Below are positions 29,497 to 44,480 of a stretch of 64,000 nt of DNA, piece after piece. Below the pieces are notes generated by a model. The model had not been told where the DNA came from, ran no database searches, and saw only the letters and a list, made by a program, of their open reading frames with translations. Each line of letters starts with the position of its first letter. The stretch's first letter is position 1. The translations under genes and the position numbers were made by a program. Source of the DNA: Octopus vulgaris (Eukaryota); assembly GCA_951406725.2 (NCBI GenBank), contig OX597824.1, positions 18,600,001 to 18,664,000 on the forward strand, in the 5' to 3' direction.

Positions 29497-29728
29497 AGGC
29501 GGCGAGCTGGCAGAAACGTTAGCACACCGGGCGAAATGCTTAACGGTATTGCGTCTGTCGTTGCGTTCTGAGTTCAAATTCCGCCGAGGTCGACTTTGCC
29601 TTTCATCCTTTCGGGGTCGATAAATTAAGTACCAGTTACGCACTGGGGTCGATGTAATCGACTTAATCCGTTTGTCTGTCCTTGTTTGTCCGCTCTATGT
29701 TTAGCCCCTTGTGGGCAATAAAGAATCA
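29497..29728 (+). mobile_element. SINE family A monomer
   Basis: Full head to tail; TSD ATA(A/T)ATGTCAGACGATA. Confidence 0.9.
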
Positions 29729-30177
29729 AATATATGTCAGACGATATAATTCAATGGTCCCTGATTTTTGTGTTTTCTTTTTTAAGGCGAAAGGGAAGAA
29801 TGAGTTAAAGGGGAAGGTTGACAGCTGTTTCTAAGAGAAATGGCGATGACAACGGACCTAAGGGTTCGCATATTGACTCCAGTATGGTCTGATTTTGTTA
29901 TCGTTGCAACTGATGTTGATAATGTTGATGACGGTGATGAAGATGACGACGACGAGGGAAATGAGGATGACGATATGGACGACGGTGTGGGGAATGATGA
30001 CGGCCATGATGATGATGACGACAACGAAAAAACTGATGAGGATTAAGATCATGATCGTGATGATGTTGATGATGATGAAGACCTGGGTGATGAAGACGAT
30101 GAGAATGTACTGGAGTGAGATGTGCCATTGTTGTGCCTACTGCTATATTATTATTGTTATTATTATTGTTGTTGTTG

Positions 30178-30286
<109 letters not shown>

Positions 30287-30478
30287 CATCATCATCATCA
30301 TCATTATCATTATTATTATTATTATTATTGTTGTTGTTGTTGTTTTTGTTATTTTTGTTTTTGTTGTTGTTGTTGTTGTTATTATTATTATTATTCTCTT
30401 TTATTGGTGTTTATTGTTATTTGTGTTGTTGAAGTTTTGGTTGCCAGTGGGATTGGTTATGGCAGCAGCAGCAGCAGC

Positions 30479-30565
<87 letters not shown>

Positions 30566-31260
30566 TGTTGTTGTTGTTGTTGTTGCTATTGATGTTGCTA
30601 ACGTTATTTGCGTTGGTACGCAAAAACGACCCGATTTCTTTTATTGATGTTGATGTTTGCAGTCAATATGTTTGATCTTATTGATGCTGTTGTTGTTGTT
30701 ATTATTGTTGTTATTCACTTTACTGTTCTACCGCTGCTGCTGCTGCTGTTGTTGTTGCTATTGTTGTTGTTGTTGTTGTTGTTGTTGTTCAGCCCTTGGT
30801 CAGTTCTAATCCCGCCGTCTAATGATCAAACACATTCCAACTTTGAAGAGGTCATCCGATTCGGAGCTCCGGAGCTCCGGAGCTACGGGAGCATCCAGAA
30901 CTACAACACTCTAAGACGGCAACGTCTGATCAGAGCGACACTTACTGCTATTCGTAGCAGGTCAATCAAACGTCTAGAGTCATGTTGTTATATCAGCTAT
31001 GATTATTATTATATTTTTTGAGAGATTTTCCTTTGCATTTTTACAATTTATATTTAGATATCACCGGAGGTTTTTTTTTCTTCTTTTTTTTTTGTTGCTA
31101 TGGTTACTCCTACTGTTATCGTCATGTACATGGCTGTCTTGTCCATCTTGTCTTTATAGCTATTGTTTGGGCTTTACACTTCCTGTCGTTTTTGTTGCTA
31201 TGATTTTCACAACTACTTCTGCTGTTACTCTTCCCATTATATTAACCATAACTATTATCA

Positions 31261-31660
31261 AGGCGGCGAGCCGGCAGAAACGTTAGCACGCCGGGCGAAA
31301 TGCTTTGCGGTATTTCGTCTGCCGCTACGTTCTGAGTTCAAATTCCGCCGAGGTCGACTTTGCCATTCATCCTTTCGGGGTCGATAAATTAAGTACCAGA
31401 TGAATACTGGGGTCGATGTAATCGACTTAATCCGTTTGTCTGTCCTTATTTGTCCCCTCTGTGTTTAGCCCCTTGTGAGTAATAAAGAAATAGGTATTTC
31501 GTCTGCCGCTACGTTCTGAGTTCAAATTCCGCCGAGGTCGACTTTGCCTTTCATCCTTTCGGGGTTGATAAATTAAGTACCAGTTGCGTACAGAGGTCGA
31601 TCTCATCGACTGGTCCCCTTGCTTTAAAATTTCAGACATTGTGCCTATATTAGAAAGGAT
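31261..31660 (+). mobile_element. SINE family A dimer, second unit with alternative tail
   Basis: Junction at 31492/93; ends ...AAAATTTCAGACATTGTGCCTATATTAGAAAGG. Confidence 0.85.
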
Positions 31661-31948
31661 TATTTATATTAGCATTAATGCGATAGATTGTCAAAATTCT
31701 TAGAGTTCCGGAAAACATAACTAGTAATATTTCTTCCAGCTCCTTAGCTTTCAAATTTAAAATCTCGAGGGGTCAACTTCGCCCTTCATCCTTCCGAAAT
31801 CGGTAAAATGCTGTATAGTCAAGCAGCTGGATTCTTTTCAGATTTTTGCTTACCCTTTGCTCTTCATAGGTTCTGAATTCTTTAAAGCTTTCCTTTTATA
31901 AGACCCAAAATCACTTGCGTTTGAAAAACCTTGGGAATGTGTATCATA

Positions 31949-32113
31949 GGCGCAGGAGTGGCTGTGTGGTAAGTAGCTTGCTAACCAACCACATGGTTCC
32001 GGGTTCAGTCCCACTGCGTGGCATCTTGGGCAAGTGTCTTCTGCTATAGCCCCGGGCCGACCAATGCCTTGTGAGTGGATTTGGTAGACGGAAACTGAAA
32101 GAAGCCTGTCGTA

Positions 32114-32170
<57 letters not shown>

Positions 32171-32383
32171 TTGCGTGTCTGTGTTTGTCCCCTTAGCATT
32201 GCTTGACAACCGATGCTGGTATGTTTACGTCCCCGTAACTTAGCGGTTCGGCAAAGAGACCGATAAAATAAGTACTGGGCTTACAAAGAATAAGTCCCGG
32301 GGTCGATTTGCTCGACTAAAGGCGGTGCTCCAGCATGGCCGCAGTCAAATGACTGAAACAAGTAAAAGAGTAAAAGAGTAAAA
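31949..32383 (+). mobile_element. SINE family B full length
   Basis: GGCGCAGGAGTGGCTGTGTGGTAAG...CAAGTAAAAGAGTAAAAGAGT. Confidence 0.88.
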
Positions 32384-32739
32384 TACGATACATGGACACC
32401 AGGGAAATATATCCTGTGTATCACATGTAATACTGTTGTGGTGATAGATATTAACACCCCTGTGTGATTAAGAGGTGAACTCGTCGAATTCTTATAAAGA
32501 CTAACGTGTCTCGCCGAGACGACAAGAAGGCGTTGGAGTCTCGCATGCTGGTAGTCGGAAGTTACGTATGTGAAATACACAGCTTTACCCTCACTTCCTT
32601 AAAATCATACATCCGCAACCAAGGATATAAAAGGTACAAAGAACAGATCAATGATTAATCGATTGCTTTTATAACCAAATTTCTGGTCATGTGGTTAAGT
32701 TAAAAACAATTATTAATATTCAACCCGCAAAGTGAGGAT

Positions 32740-34520
32740 GGAAAGAGATTATGTTCTCAGATTATGTATTGAAAGATTTTTGCAACAGTTCTTAAGCTTC
32801 CTATTACAGTTGGAATGATGAGAAATTTAAGGCAAGTCGACATTCTTTGAAATTCGTATCTTATGTTCTGTAATATTTCTGTTTTCCCACATTAGGAAGG
32901 AATTACAACCGTGTTTCGTGGTCTGCTACCACAACAGCTCCTTTATAGGATCCCGTTAGCTCAAGACATCATAAGGAGGAACCACGTCCAGTTTCGGCCC
33001 CTAACTCCTCTACCGTTTTGACGTGGCGGGGCCCCCCTTTCGGAGGTGTCTTCAGCTCTGGTGTTGGGTGCATGACTTCATTCTTCTTCTTTCTTCTGTT
33101 CCCTGGCCTCTTCTATGTATCGTCAGCGAGTGTCACCCGGTGACTGACTGACTTGTCAAATTTTTCCCTTTTAATACCTGCCGCTAGGCTCCAGCAGACA
33201 GCCCCAGCAAGTTGTCACGTGACACTGTCTTACCTGAACTGACTAGTGAAGGCGCGTAGTCTTCACTTCTAGTCTTCCGCCAAGCAGGCAAGCAACATCG
33301 ATTATACAACAAACTGCTTCTTCTGTATTGAATACAACAATATTTGGACGTAAGTGTTCCATTTGAAGTTTTGTATCCTATGATAACGTTATATGGTTAT
33401 TTTCAAGGTTGGGCTCTGTTTTATAGCTATACCATTTTCCATAAGTTCAAATCTATATTTTATACAGATTTGCTAATGTATGATTGAAGCAACGTTGTCC
33501 TGTTTCCAGTTCATATTGGTCCTCTGAGCAATTATTTTACCCAGAGACTACATTCATAACCGTGTGGTCTCTTCTCCTATACGTTCTACATTCAAACAAG
33601 ATGTCTGCCTCATCTACGTTCTTCCTGTTGATCTTGCGCAGTTTGTTTTAATCCTTCTTTCTCTTCCCTTAGCACTCTCTTCTTCAGTTTTTCAATGACT
33701 TCCTATCTCGATACCCTTCAATACTTTGACAAAAAAAAAAATAATAATAATAATAGATGGGGGAAAAACTTTAGGTGTTAACTTTACTCTGTGTATGGCG
33801 GATTTCTACCTCCAAAAACTGTACTTTTTCGTTTCCTTCACCTAAAATATTTTCTTTTCTTATTGATGATTAAACGCCTATTTGACTATCTACATTCAGC
33901 CAAGATGGCTTCTTTACCTATATTTTTCTTGATGTAAATGCTTTTGATTGCTTAATCTTGAGTAGCTGGAATTTAGTCTTCTGTTTCTTTCCTTAAAACT
34001 CCCTTCTTTATCCACTGGAATGGCTTCGGATTTCGATTCCCTTCAGTACTTTGAAAAAAAACTTTCCGTGTAAACATTTCTGTTCGTATCGTTGCTTTTT
34101 AGATATGAAAACTTCACATTATTCCCTTCCTTTAGCTAATATATCTTGTCGTTTTACTGCTATCAAAGGCGTCTTCTGACCGTTAGCAACGTATTCCCTT
34201 AAACTGTCTCATACATCCACACAGGATTTTCGAATTATCAATCATCTTCTAACATCCTTTCTATGAAAATACAATCTCTTAACATTTGCCTGTCAGTGTC
34301 AGATCCTGTAGATATTTAACAATTTCCATGTTTTTTTTTCTCCACGTTCTAAAGGGTTTCATGCTGACAGATACGACTTTTGAGTTTAGGATTATGCTTG
34401 CATTTATAACAATGTGTATCAATAATATTTAGCAGTTTGTATTTGTATTTATAAAATTTACTACTCATCTTACCCTTCGGAAATATTCTCTCCCGATTTT
34501 GATTTTCACTGTTCAATCAT
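32740..34520 (-). pseudogene. Highly decayed R4/Dong-like LINE relic
   Basis: Minus-strand pieces translate to FECRTY...TVMNVVSG, KWYSYKTEPNLEN, HLRPNIVVFNTEEAVCCIIDVAC and IIPTVIGSL. Adjacent to (TAA)n. Interrupted at ~32870-33270. Confidence 0.6.
32870..33270. mobile_element. GC-richer insert inside the LINE relic, possibly a solo LTR
   Basis: Interrupts the REL domain; begins TGTAAT; minus-strand TATTAAAAGGG; no clean TSD or CA terminus. Confidence 0.3.
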
Positions 34521-34535
34521 CTATACCATATGTTG

Positions 34536-34607
<72 letters not shown>

Positions 34608-34609
<2 letters not shown>

Positions 34610-35055
34610 TGAGCGAGCGAGAGAGCAGCGCATGCCATAAAAGTGATACTGGAGCAAAATATACGAAGCCCAGTATATCCATCATGACTACCCATCTGAT
34701 AAGAGTACACCAGGCACATGCATCGCAAATATATGTGCGCGACATGGTGATCTCATATCAAGATAAACAACGCATAACCTTGTAAGTGAGGCCCAGTTAG
34801 AATTTTCTTCAGGTCGTGTAGCCCATCCCGCTCAAAAGGTCCCTGAATAAGGGTTGTTTAAGGATGTTGAACGAAGCACCCATGTTTCCAGAGGTGAATT
34901 ATTCAAACCTCAAAGAAATCCTCACAACAAATGGCTATGATGCTTCCCCACTACTTCTGCTCGTGATCAGAGACGCGCATATCGTCAGCCACTAAGCGAT
35001 ATGATCAGCTGGTTAAGGTCAAATAACTGACAAGCAAATCTTTGGTATTGCTGTA
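34608..35055 (-). mobile_element. Family D element, 5'-truncated
   Basis: Reverse complement of ~6355-6815 with a (TAA)n tail at 34538-34607. Confidence 0.8.
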
Positions 35056-36257
35056 GCACTGGCGGAATCGTAACAGTGTATGGCTCTATACGCCCAGAGT
35101 TTAAAATTCCACCGTGGTCATCCTTACCTTTCATCGTTCTGAGATCGATACCACAAGGTACCAGTCAAGTAGTATGATCGATGATATCGAATTACCTTCT
35201 CCGGTAGAATTGTTGGCCTTCTGCCACAATTTGAAACCATTTAAAGCGGTGACTTACCAGAATCGTTAACACGCTGGAGAAATTCCTAAGTGGTATTTCT
35301 TCTTGGTCGTTATATGCTAGGCTCAAATCCCGCCGAGGTCAACTTCGTCCTTTGTTCCTCCAGGTTCGATAAAATAGAATACCAAGGAAGTCCTGGTGGT
35401 AATGTAATCAATTGGAAAGTATTTCCCTCCGATTGCAGACCTTGTGACAAATGTTAGACTTATTATATTATTATTCTGAGGACAATAAAAAATATCTTTG
35501 TTTGCTCTGAATATTTTCATTTTCTTTTCCGTTTTTCTCATTCGATTTCTATGTAATTCTCCACCCTTAAAAACCACGCACGCAGACACACATCACACAT
35601 ACACATTTTGTAACCCGTTCTCGCAATGTCCTTTCACACATCGCCCCTGTGGCAAATATAAGAAATCAATATTAATGTCATTATTTTTTTGTCATCATTA
35701 TCATCATCATCACCATCGTCATCGTCAACATAATCGCCATCCTTATCACCATAATCGTTACCATCACCATTATCATCATCGTCACCATCATCTTTATTAT
35801 CATCGTTTAGCGTTTGTAAAGATGTGTGCCTGTCACCATATTTTCCATAGAGGTCAGCTGTGTCCAAGGACATTTTAGATCTAGGACATTGATGAACAAA
35901 TTCCCTGATATTTTTTCCCCTTCGCTCACCAGCTGCTCATGTGACTACATTTATTTTTTTGTGTCCTGGTTTCAGAAATTGCGTCTTTTATTTTTGTAGT
36001 ATTTTATTATTATTTTCCATATAATTTATTTTTATTTCATGTTTTTTTTCTATTGCCGTGGATCTTTATTTTTTATTGAGTTTTTCTTTATATTTTTCAT
36101 TATTTTTTTCATTTTCCTGTTTTTATTCAATTTTCATGTTTTTATTGCATTTTCTTTCTTTTTTTTCTGCATCTATTTTACGCTTAGTTCTGTCTTTTGC
36201 AATTCCTCTTTCCGAATTCTTTATTTCTATTTATTTATTTTTAACACATTTTTCATA

Positions 36258-36317
<60 letters not shown>

Positions 36318-36337
36318 CATTATGATTATTATTATTA

Positions 36338-36414
<77 letters not shown>

Positions 36415-36755
36415 ATTATCATCATCATCATCATCATTATTATTATCATCATTATTATCATCATTATTATTAAACTAGTATTTAGCACATATCGTTTATT
36501 TTTGCGTTTTTTTTCTTATAATAATAAATAAATAAATAAATAAAATTGTGTGTTTATACATGAGATCCATTACATCTTTTGACCATCTCCATTATCGACG
36601 TCATCGTCAATGTTGATATAATGTCATCAATTTTAATATTATCATTATTATCATTATTATTATTATTATTATTGATATTATTGGCTTGAGCAATATAGCG
36701 CCCCATTTATGCTTCCCACTCTTAAAATAAGATATATTAAAATAATAACAATACT

Positions 36756-36818
<63 letters not shown>

Positions 36819-37514
36819 TCTATGCTTCTAGGTTTTCTTTTTATCCGGACTACAGTCATATTTGCATTCTGAAAAAGCATTTTATCACTTTTTTTCTTTT
36901 TTTTTTTTTGGCTCCATTATCTGTTATACATTTAGCAGGCCACAATGGCTTGGCAGATACATTATTCGTCCCCTGGGTCTCTTGCCCCAAGTATCATGAG
37001 TTCTATCCAGTTTTAAGCTTTGTGATGGCCCTTGTAAAAAAAAAAAAAAAGGGACACTTAAGTATATTTGACTAAAGCATTTTGACCGTATAAGACAATA
37101 TGTATTTAGATTGCCATTAATCTTTATTCAGCTATTGTGATTTGAAAAACGACAAAAGATTTCGCCTTTACTAAAGTGATAAGTCTTTTTACATTTTCTT
37201 TCTTTTCCTCTCTCTCTCTCTCTCCTTCTCCATCTCTCTCTTTCCGTATCTCTCTCTTTCTTCAACTCGCTGTCACTCTCTTTATTTTTTCAAAGAGATT
37301 ACACGGCATCAAACATCAATTATGGTTCCTATTTGTTCTTCTTTAATATACGCAAGTGCATGCATAATATGCAAACAAAATGAATGCGCACGCAGAAACG
37401 TTTATGCATACATATACAAATTCCTGTTCATATATGCATGACTATTTCTATGTATGCATGCATGTATATATACGAACCCACACATACACTAACACACACA
37501 AACACACACACACA

Positions 37515-37556
<42 letters not shown>

Positions 37557-37641
37557 ATAATTTGAGGGAATATTATTCCTAACTTACAGGGAAAAAATTC
37601 AATTTAGAAATGGTAAATCAAATTTCACAAAATATAATATA

Positions 37642-37695
<54 letters not shown>

Positions 37696-38242
37696 TAAAT
37701 TAGAATAAACCACCTTTTATCAATTCAAAATGAACAATTAAATTACACAATCTAGAAAATTACATATAATAGAAATATTAAAATTAAAATAATAATAATA
37801 TACCGATGATTAAGTAATGTGCAAAATAATAAATAAAACGTATATAATTGGTAGAATAACAAATATATATATATACTAACATATATATTGCAAGTATGTA
37901 TTATAGCATATACACATACATATATATATTCATATACATGTATGTGTATGTGAGTGTGTGTATATGAGTATGTATGTGTGTATGTATTTCACATGTGTGT
38001 ATGACAGTATGTATGCGAGTTAAATTTTTATAAAGTTGTGTTTAGTAAACATTGTCGAATAGGAGTATTTGAAGAAATATTTATACACTTCATGTAATGA
38101 AGGATTTTCATGCGCGGCCTATCACCTACAAGAAACCGCATTAATCTTTAGAAATACAAGGTTTTCGTTCATTTTGGATAAACGATATATTCGAAGAAAA
38201 TAAAATACATTAATTCTGTATTTGGCTGAATTTTTGCGTTAA

Positions 38243-38465
38243 ACCTTTTGATACCAACCCGCCTGAAACCGCCCCTGGTTCTGTAGTACAAATGTTTTGT
38301 TTTAAAAAAGTTCTTAATTAAAATCTTCCACCAAACCTTAGTCACAATTTATGTTCCTAACACTAGCTTAATGATGAACTAAATTATTTTACTAATTCTT
38401 TGTTATATTTAAAATTAATTGAAAGAAACACAGAGTATCTCAACAGAAATATGGTAACAAAAGGG
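38243..38465. mobile_element. piggyBac-like TTAA MITE, copy 1
   Basis: TTAA|ACCTTTTGATACCA ... TGGTAACAAAAGGG|TTAA. Confidence 0.8.
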
Positions 38466-38496
38466 TTAAGATATAAAATAGAGAAACAATTCTTAA

Positions 38497-38718
38497 CCTT
38501 TTTGATACCAACCCGCCTGAAATCTCCTCTGGCTTTGTAGTACAAATGTCTTGTTTTCAAAAGTTCTGAATTAAAATCTTCCATCAAATCTTAGTCACAA
38601 TTTATGTTCCAAACACTAGCTTAATGATAAACTTAATTATTTTACTAATTCTTTGTTATATTTAAAATTAATTGAAAGAAACACAGAGTATCTCAACAGA
38701 AATATGGTAACAAAAGGG
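38497..38718. mobile_element. piggyBac-like TTAA MITE, copy 2
   Basis: TTAA|CCTTTTTGATACCA ... TGGTAACAAAAGGG|TTAA. Confidence 0.8.
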
Positions 38719-38769
38719 TTAAACTACTGATTTTGATATCCTGTAAGCAAAGCTGGTCAGACTTCTCAA

Positions 38770-39040
38770 TGGGTAGTAAAGAAATAGGTATTGCGTCTAC
38801 CGTTACGTTCTGTGTTCAAATTCTGCCGAGGTCGACTTTGCCTTTCATCCTTTCGGGGTCGATTAAATAAGTATCAGTTACGCACTGGGGTCGATATAAT
38901 CGACTTAATCCGTTTGTCTGTTCTTGTTTGTCTTCTCTGTGTTTAGCCCCTTGTGGGTAGTAAAGAAATAGGTATTTCGTCTACCGTTACGTTCTGAGTT
39001 CAAATTCTGCCGAGGTCGACTTTGCCTGTCATCCTTTTCC
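38770..39040 (+). mobile_element. SINE family A multimer fragment
   Basis: Two identical junctions at 38786/87 and 38970/71, 184 bp apart. Confidence 0.85.
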
Positions 39041-39199
39041 AGTTCGTATTTAGTTTGCGAGATTCATAACATAAACTCGTGGATTGAAACAATGAAACTG
39101 TTTAACCAACAAATTAAACAAAATATCGACTTGTTAGTCGGTTAGATAACTGACCAATTGAAATCGAACCAGTGCGTATGTTTTTTTTTATTATTGAGG

Positions 39200-39900
39200 T
39201 TATTTTTTTACTAGCTTACAGGAAACATACCATTCCATGTAGAGTATATTGCCTTCAAGATATTTTTGAGACATTCGAGCCTATCAGGGTTCCTATAGGG
39301 GGACATCAAGAAGTGAGTGAATCTTAAGGAGTTTACTGCCAACCCGCAAGTTGTAGTTTCTTTCATTGTTTAGTACTAGGGTGTTATGCATAGTTTTGCT
39401 GCCATTGTTTAGCAGATATTTTCTGAGCGATATCGTACATCACCCTAAAGCTGTCTACACTGATCTTAAAAGTTTTCCAATGCCTATTCTTCTGAGAAAC
39501 ATTTGTTGATATCGCTGTTTCTGGGAAACTTTGCAGGCAGTGTCGGATTTCTTCTACAGATCAGTTATTCCAAATGTTGCTATGAGGACCTTAAACGATG
39601 GTAAAAATACAGGTGCAAATGTATTGTAGGATACTGTCTTGTAAGAGGAAAACTCTGAGTGCAATATTTTAAAAGTCTGATGCAATATTCTTTGGTTAGT
39701 TTAACCTGGTTCACAATAATTTTGAGTGCTAATTCTTCATCAATTGCCAGAAACATTAGCAGTATTTGGTTTGCAAAACAGAAGGAGCAAACAGACCAGA
39801 GGATTTGAGGGTTGGGCAAAACTTTTTCCACGTTCAGTGATTCAATAAGAACATTTCTTTTGGTCAAAGACCGTCTCTGTATCAACGGAAAAATGTAGTT
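39200..39900 (-). pseudogene. Decayed REL-type LINE (RT thumb region) relic
   Basis: Frameshifted KEYCIRL/KILHSEFSSYKTVSYNTFAPV/ATFGITD/SVEEIR resembles the post-RT region of R4/Dong ORFs. Confidence 0.5.
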
Positions 39901-40069
39901 AAATCCAACAGTTTTTTCAGTATTGTTCGTTTATATTTTTAAAGCGTAGATGTTTGTATGAATAATGGTAGGGTGTCTTCCTATTGCAGGACTTAGGACA
40001 AAGCATTTAAGCACTAAACTAAATACAAGCACAAATAGAATCAATCTCCCCTAGAAACATATATATATA

Positions 40070-40350
40070 CGCAATGGCCCAGTGGTTAGGGCAGCGGACT
40101 CGCGGTTTCGATTCCCAGACCGGGCGTTGTGAGTGTTTATTGAGCGAAAACACCTAAAAAGCTCCACGATGCTCCGGCAGGGGGTGGTGATCCCTGCTGT
40201 ACTCTTTCGCCACAACTTTCTCTCACTCTTTCTTCTGTTGACCTTCTCGCTTAGCCAACGGGGTGGCGTCATTCGAAGGCTAAAACAATGCGAACGCATT
40301 GTGACCAGCGATGTGTAACAACGTCTGATGGTCTGGTTGGTCACGTGATC
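40070..40350 (+). mobile_element. SINE family C
   Basis: GCAATGGCCCAGTGGTTAGGGCAGCGGACTCGCGGTTTCGATTCCCAGACC..., with a short deletion between CGCGG repeats; TA-flanked. Confidence 0.8.
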
Positions 40351-40371
40351 ACGTGATATATATATATAGAG

Positions 40372-40419
<48 letters not shown>

Positions 40420-40642
40420 ATGTATGTATGTATGTATGTATGTATGTATGTATGTATGTATGTATAAACACACGCAAACAACACGTACATACACAAACAA
40501 ACCCATACATTTCTCACTAATGTACTGAACCTTGTTAACATCGTGTGTCATGGGTCGATTGGTTCGACTAAAGGCGGTGCTCCAGCATGGCCGCAGTCAA
40601 ATGACTGAAACTAGTAAAATAGTAAAAGAATAAGTGAATATG

Positions 40643-40699
<57 letters not shown>

Positions 40700-40877
40700 A
40701 TAATTGTATATATATATGCATGTATATAATTGTATATATATATATGTATATATATATATTTATGTATGTGTATTTATGTTTATATATTATATGTATATAT
40801 ATAGTTATATATGTATGTATATATATTTGTATATATATGTGTGTGTGTTTATATATATCTTTATATATGTATATATC

Positions 40878-40973
<96 letters not shown>

Positions 40974-41793
40974 GTATATATATGTATATATATATATATA
41001 TATATATCTAGAGAGAGAGAGAGAGAGAGAGATAGACAGATAGACATAATTCCAGTGTTGCACATGTAGCAGCCACGTGATCAACATCCGCAGCTATATT
41101 ATTATCGTTTTAGAGAAATTTCTTCAACATTTCACATACGTATAAAATTTACTACGACCTTAATCTACAATTAGACCTGAATGTCTTTAAGATATATCAC
41201 GAGCATTAGAAATTTATATATTTTCAACACATTTCAATACAGAATCCTTCCAAGATAATTATATAAGAGAACACTTTGGGAAAATATGGAATTGAACGAC
41301 ATCGTGTATATTTGCCTGTTATGTGTTTAGGCCTTTTTGATTTTGTACTTTCCGAAGCTTTGTTATGTGTGCTAATTACATAGATATATATTTGTATATT
41401 AGCAATCAAAAATGACATGTGCATGCGTATATACATACATACTAACATGCATACATACATACATACATACATACATACATACATGCATATATATAAATAT
41501 ATGTATATATCTATATCTATATATCTATCTATCCATCTATCTATCTATCTATTTATCTATCTATATCTATATAGATAGATAGATAGATGGATATAGATAT
41601 AGATATAGATATATACATATATTTATATCTATATATATATATGTCTATAAATGCAAGTACATATATGTACTTTACAAATCTAAATACATACACATATATA
41701 TATATATATATGTATATATATATGTATGTATATATATATGTATATACATTACATATATATCACATAATATACGCGCACACACACACACACATT

Positions 41794-41845
<52 letters not shown>

Positions 41846-41878
41846 TATATATGCATATAAATATATAATTGGAAATAC

Positions 41879-41979
<101 letters not shown>

Positions 41980-42528
41980 AGCATCCATATGCATCCATAT
42001 TCACGCATTTTGTTTCAATTTTAACGACAACGAAACTCCCGTAGATTGTATATCATTGAAGTAAAGAGTTATTATTATGGTCACATTTTTTTTTTTTGTG
42101 ATCAGGTAAAGCAAATAATTTGAAGATTTCGGAAATTTCGAAGCATGTTTAAACAAATGATAATTTTAAAGACCAAAAGCAAATGGCGTGGGATAAAATA
42201 CTCCACATTCTAAACTTACATTCATTATCACCTTTAGTTGTATATTTATTCCTCCATTAAACTTCAAGTTTACTTTTCAAACAGCAAATAGTAAATTGGA
42301 TATTGTTTATGATTTGCGCATTTTAAACATATTCTTCGTTGAACTTTGTTTCATGTTGATCGTAAGTATATAGGTACGTATGGATGCTTGTTTGTATGTA
42401 GATATTAGTTTTGTTTCTTGGGCATTGTATGTAGTGATTATATGAATGAAGAAGTGTGGATATTCGCTATGATTATATCTATGTCGTCTATCTCTCTCTC
42501 TCTCTTTATCTATCTATCTATCTATCTA

Positions 42529-42582
<54 letters not shown>

Positions 42583-42616
42583 TCTATCTCTATCTATCTC
42601 TCTCTCTCTCTATCTC

Positions 42617-42698
<82 letters not shown>

Positions 42699-42838
42699 TG
42701 TATTATATGTGGGTTGGGAATAACTATTTATGCATACATTATGTGTGTGTGTGTAAAATCTATATCATTATATATTATAGATACAAAAGCATATATATAT
42801 ATACGTATACAGATTATATACAGAGGTATGCATATGTC

Positions 42839-42869
<31 letters not shown>

Positions 42870-42968
42870 TACGATATATATAATGTATATTGTATATTAT
42901 ACATACACATCCATACATATAGTTTACATATGTATGTATATGTCTCTCTCTCTCTCTACACACACACA

Positions 42969-43006
<38 letters not shown>

Positions 43007-43366
43007 GTATGTATAAATATTTATTCACTCCGGCATAAGTAAAAAACCCACACATATATTCATACATACTTACTCAGATATAAAAGTACGTACACATACA
43101 CACACGCACACACACACGAGTATGTATGTATGCATTTAGAACACATATTTAGAATATTTCAACATTGTCCTTCTTATTTAAAATGAAGCGTAAGCAGTTG
43201 ACATTTCTTTAATTCGATTTAGACATAATTTATGCTTGATTCTTTTGCAAAGCCAGCGTTAACACGCTTTGTAGCTCTTCTTATCGTAAGCAATGCTATG
43301 CAGTTAGTAATTTATATTGGCAGCTACATGGTTTCACGATCGAATATACGGGGTAGCGTCCATCTT

Positions 43367-43600
43367 TATTTCTTTATTGCTCACAAGGGGCTAAACATAG
43401 AGGGGACAAACAAGGACAGAAAAAGGGATTAAGTCGATTACATCGACTCCAGTGCGTAAATGGTACTTATTTAATTGACCCCGAAAGGATGAAAGGCAAA
43501 GTCGACCTCGGCGGAATTTGAACCCAGAACACGTAACGGCAGACGAAATACGGCTACGCATTTCGCCCGGCGTGCTAACGATTCTGCCAGCTCACCGCCT
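43367..43600 (-). mobile_element. SINE family A monomer
   Basis: Colinear with 1428-1657. Confidence 0.88.
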
Positions 43601-43604
43601 TCAT

Positions 43605-44480
43605 AGAGGTGCTACCACTCGCTGGCTGAAAAACGGTGTTGTAGCTAAAACAATATACACAGCCATCTGCAGAAAAGACCGTCCTGGGATAAATCTATAC
43701 AAAGTTCCTACTATTGAATGCATACAAATATACCAGCACAAGAAATATTGGTGCTACATTCCCATCTAAACTTCTACCAACTGCAAGCATACGATATCTG
43801 ACAGTTATTTCTGACAGGGAAGCAGTCATATTACAGCCGTAGAGATTAGCTGCCCTGGAGATGTGACCATCTCTTCCAGTATGAAAGAAGAGAATATGTG
43901 GGTCTCCGATTCGAAGTCTGTAAATCTATCTACCTTGGTTTTAAATTACACTAGCAGTATCACCCGGCGTTGCTTGGGTTTGTTTCGACCCTTTTGAATT
44001 GGAATTTTTGAAAAGTAAACACTTTTTATTCTCTTTAAGTGAACATTTTTCTGGTTGAAATACACCGAAAAATGGCGACACAGCAGTCAAAGAATCGTAA
44101 AAAAATAGGGATTTTCATAGAAAAAAAGCACCTTTTTGATGTAAATAATTTTTGGTATTAACATGGTCCGATTTGAATTTTATCTTCTACGCAAGGAAGA
44201 GCAAGCCTTCTTCTATCATACTCTCAATTTTGGTCAACTTGCGCCACAGGGTCTCAGAGGAGATAGTGTTAGTTGAAGGCTACCAAACCTGCCATACACA
44301 GACAACTTCAGCTTTATATAGAGAGAGATTCATACTAATAACCATTGGTACACTCGGTTATGTTAATAAATGTCTAATCCACAATCTGACGTAGGCAGGA
44401 TTTTAAAATCAAAAGAAAATGAAAAAGAAAGAGATCGGCTAACACGAAGTTTACAGACCTACTTCGTAAGTCGATCAGTA
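43605..44480 (+). pseudogene. Decayed REL endonuclease LINE relic split by a Helitron
   Basis: VVAKTIYTAICRK...KKYWCYIPI*TSTNCKH...AVEISCPGDVTIS...[insert]...TFILITIGTLGY. Confidence 0.6.
43951..44328 (-). mobile_element. Non-autonomous Helitron
   Basis: Minus strand starts TC(TCTCTATATAAAGC) and ends with hairpin CCCAAGCAACGCCGGG + 8 nt + CTAG. Inserted between A and T with no TSD; removing it rejoins the LINE sequence. Confidence 0.8.

Noticed and set aside
29840-30046. Acidic Asp-rich ORF
   Set aside because: Degenerate (GAT/GAC)n repeat without supported exon boundaries.
40070-40125. tRNA-like sequences (also at 56410, 57121, 61295)
   Set aside because: Acceptor stems are broken and each continues into a repeated body; these are SINE heads, not tRNA genes.
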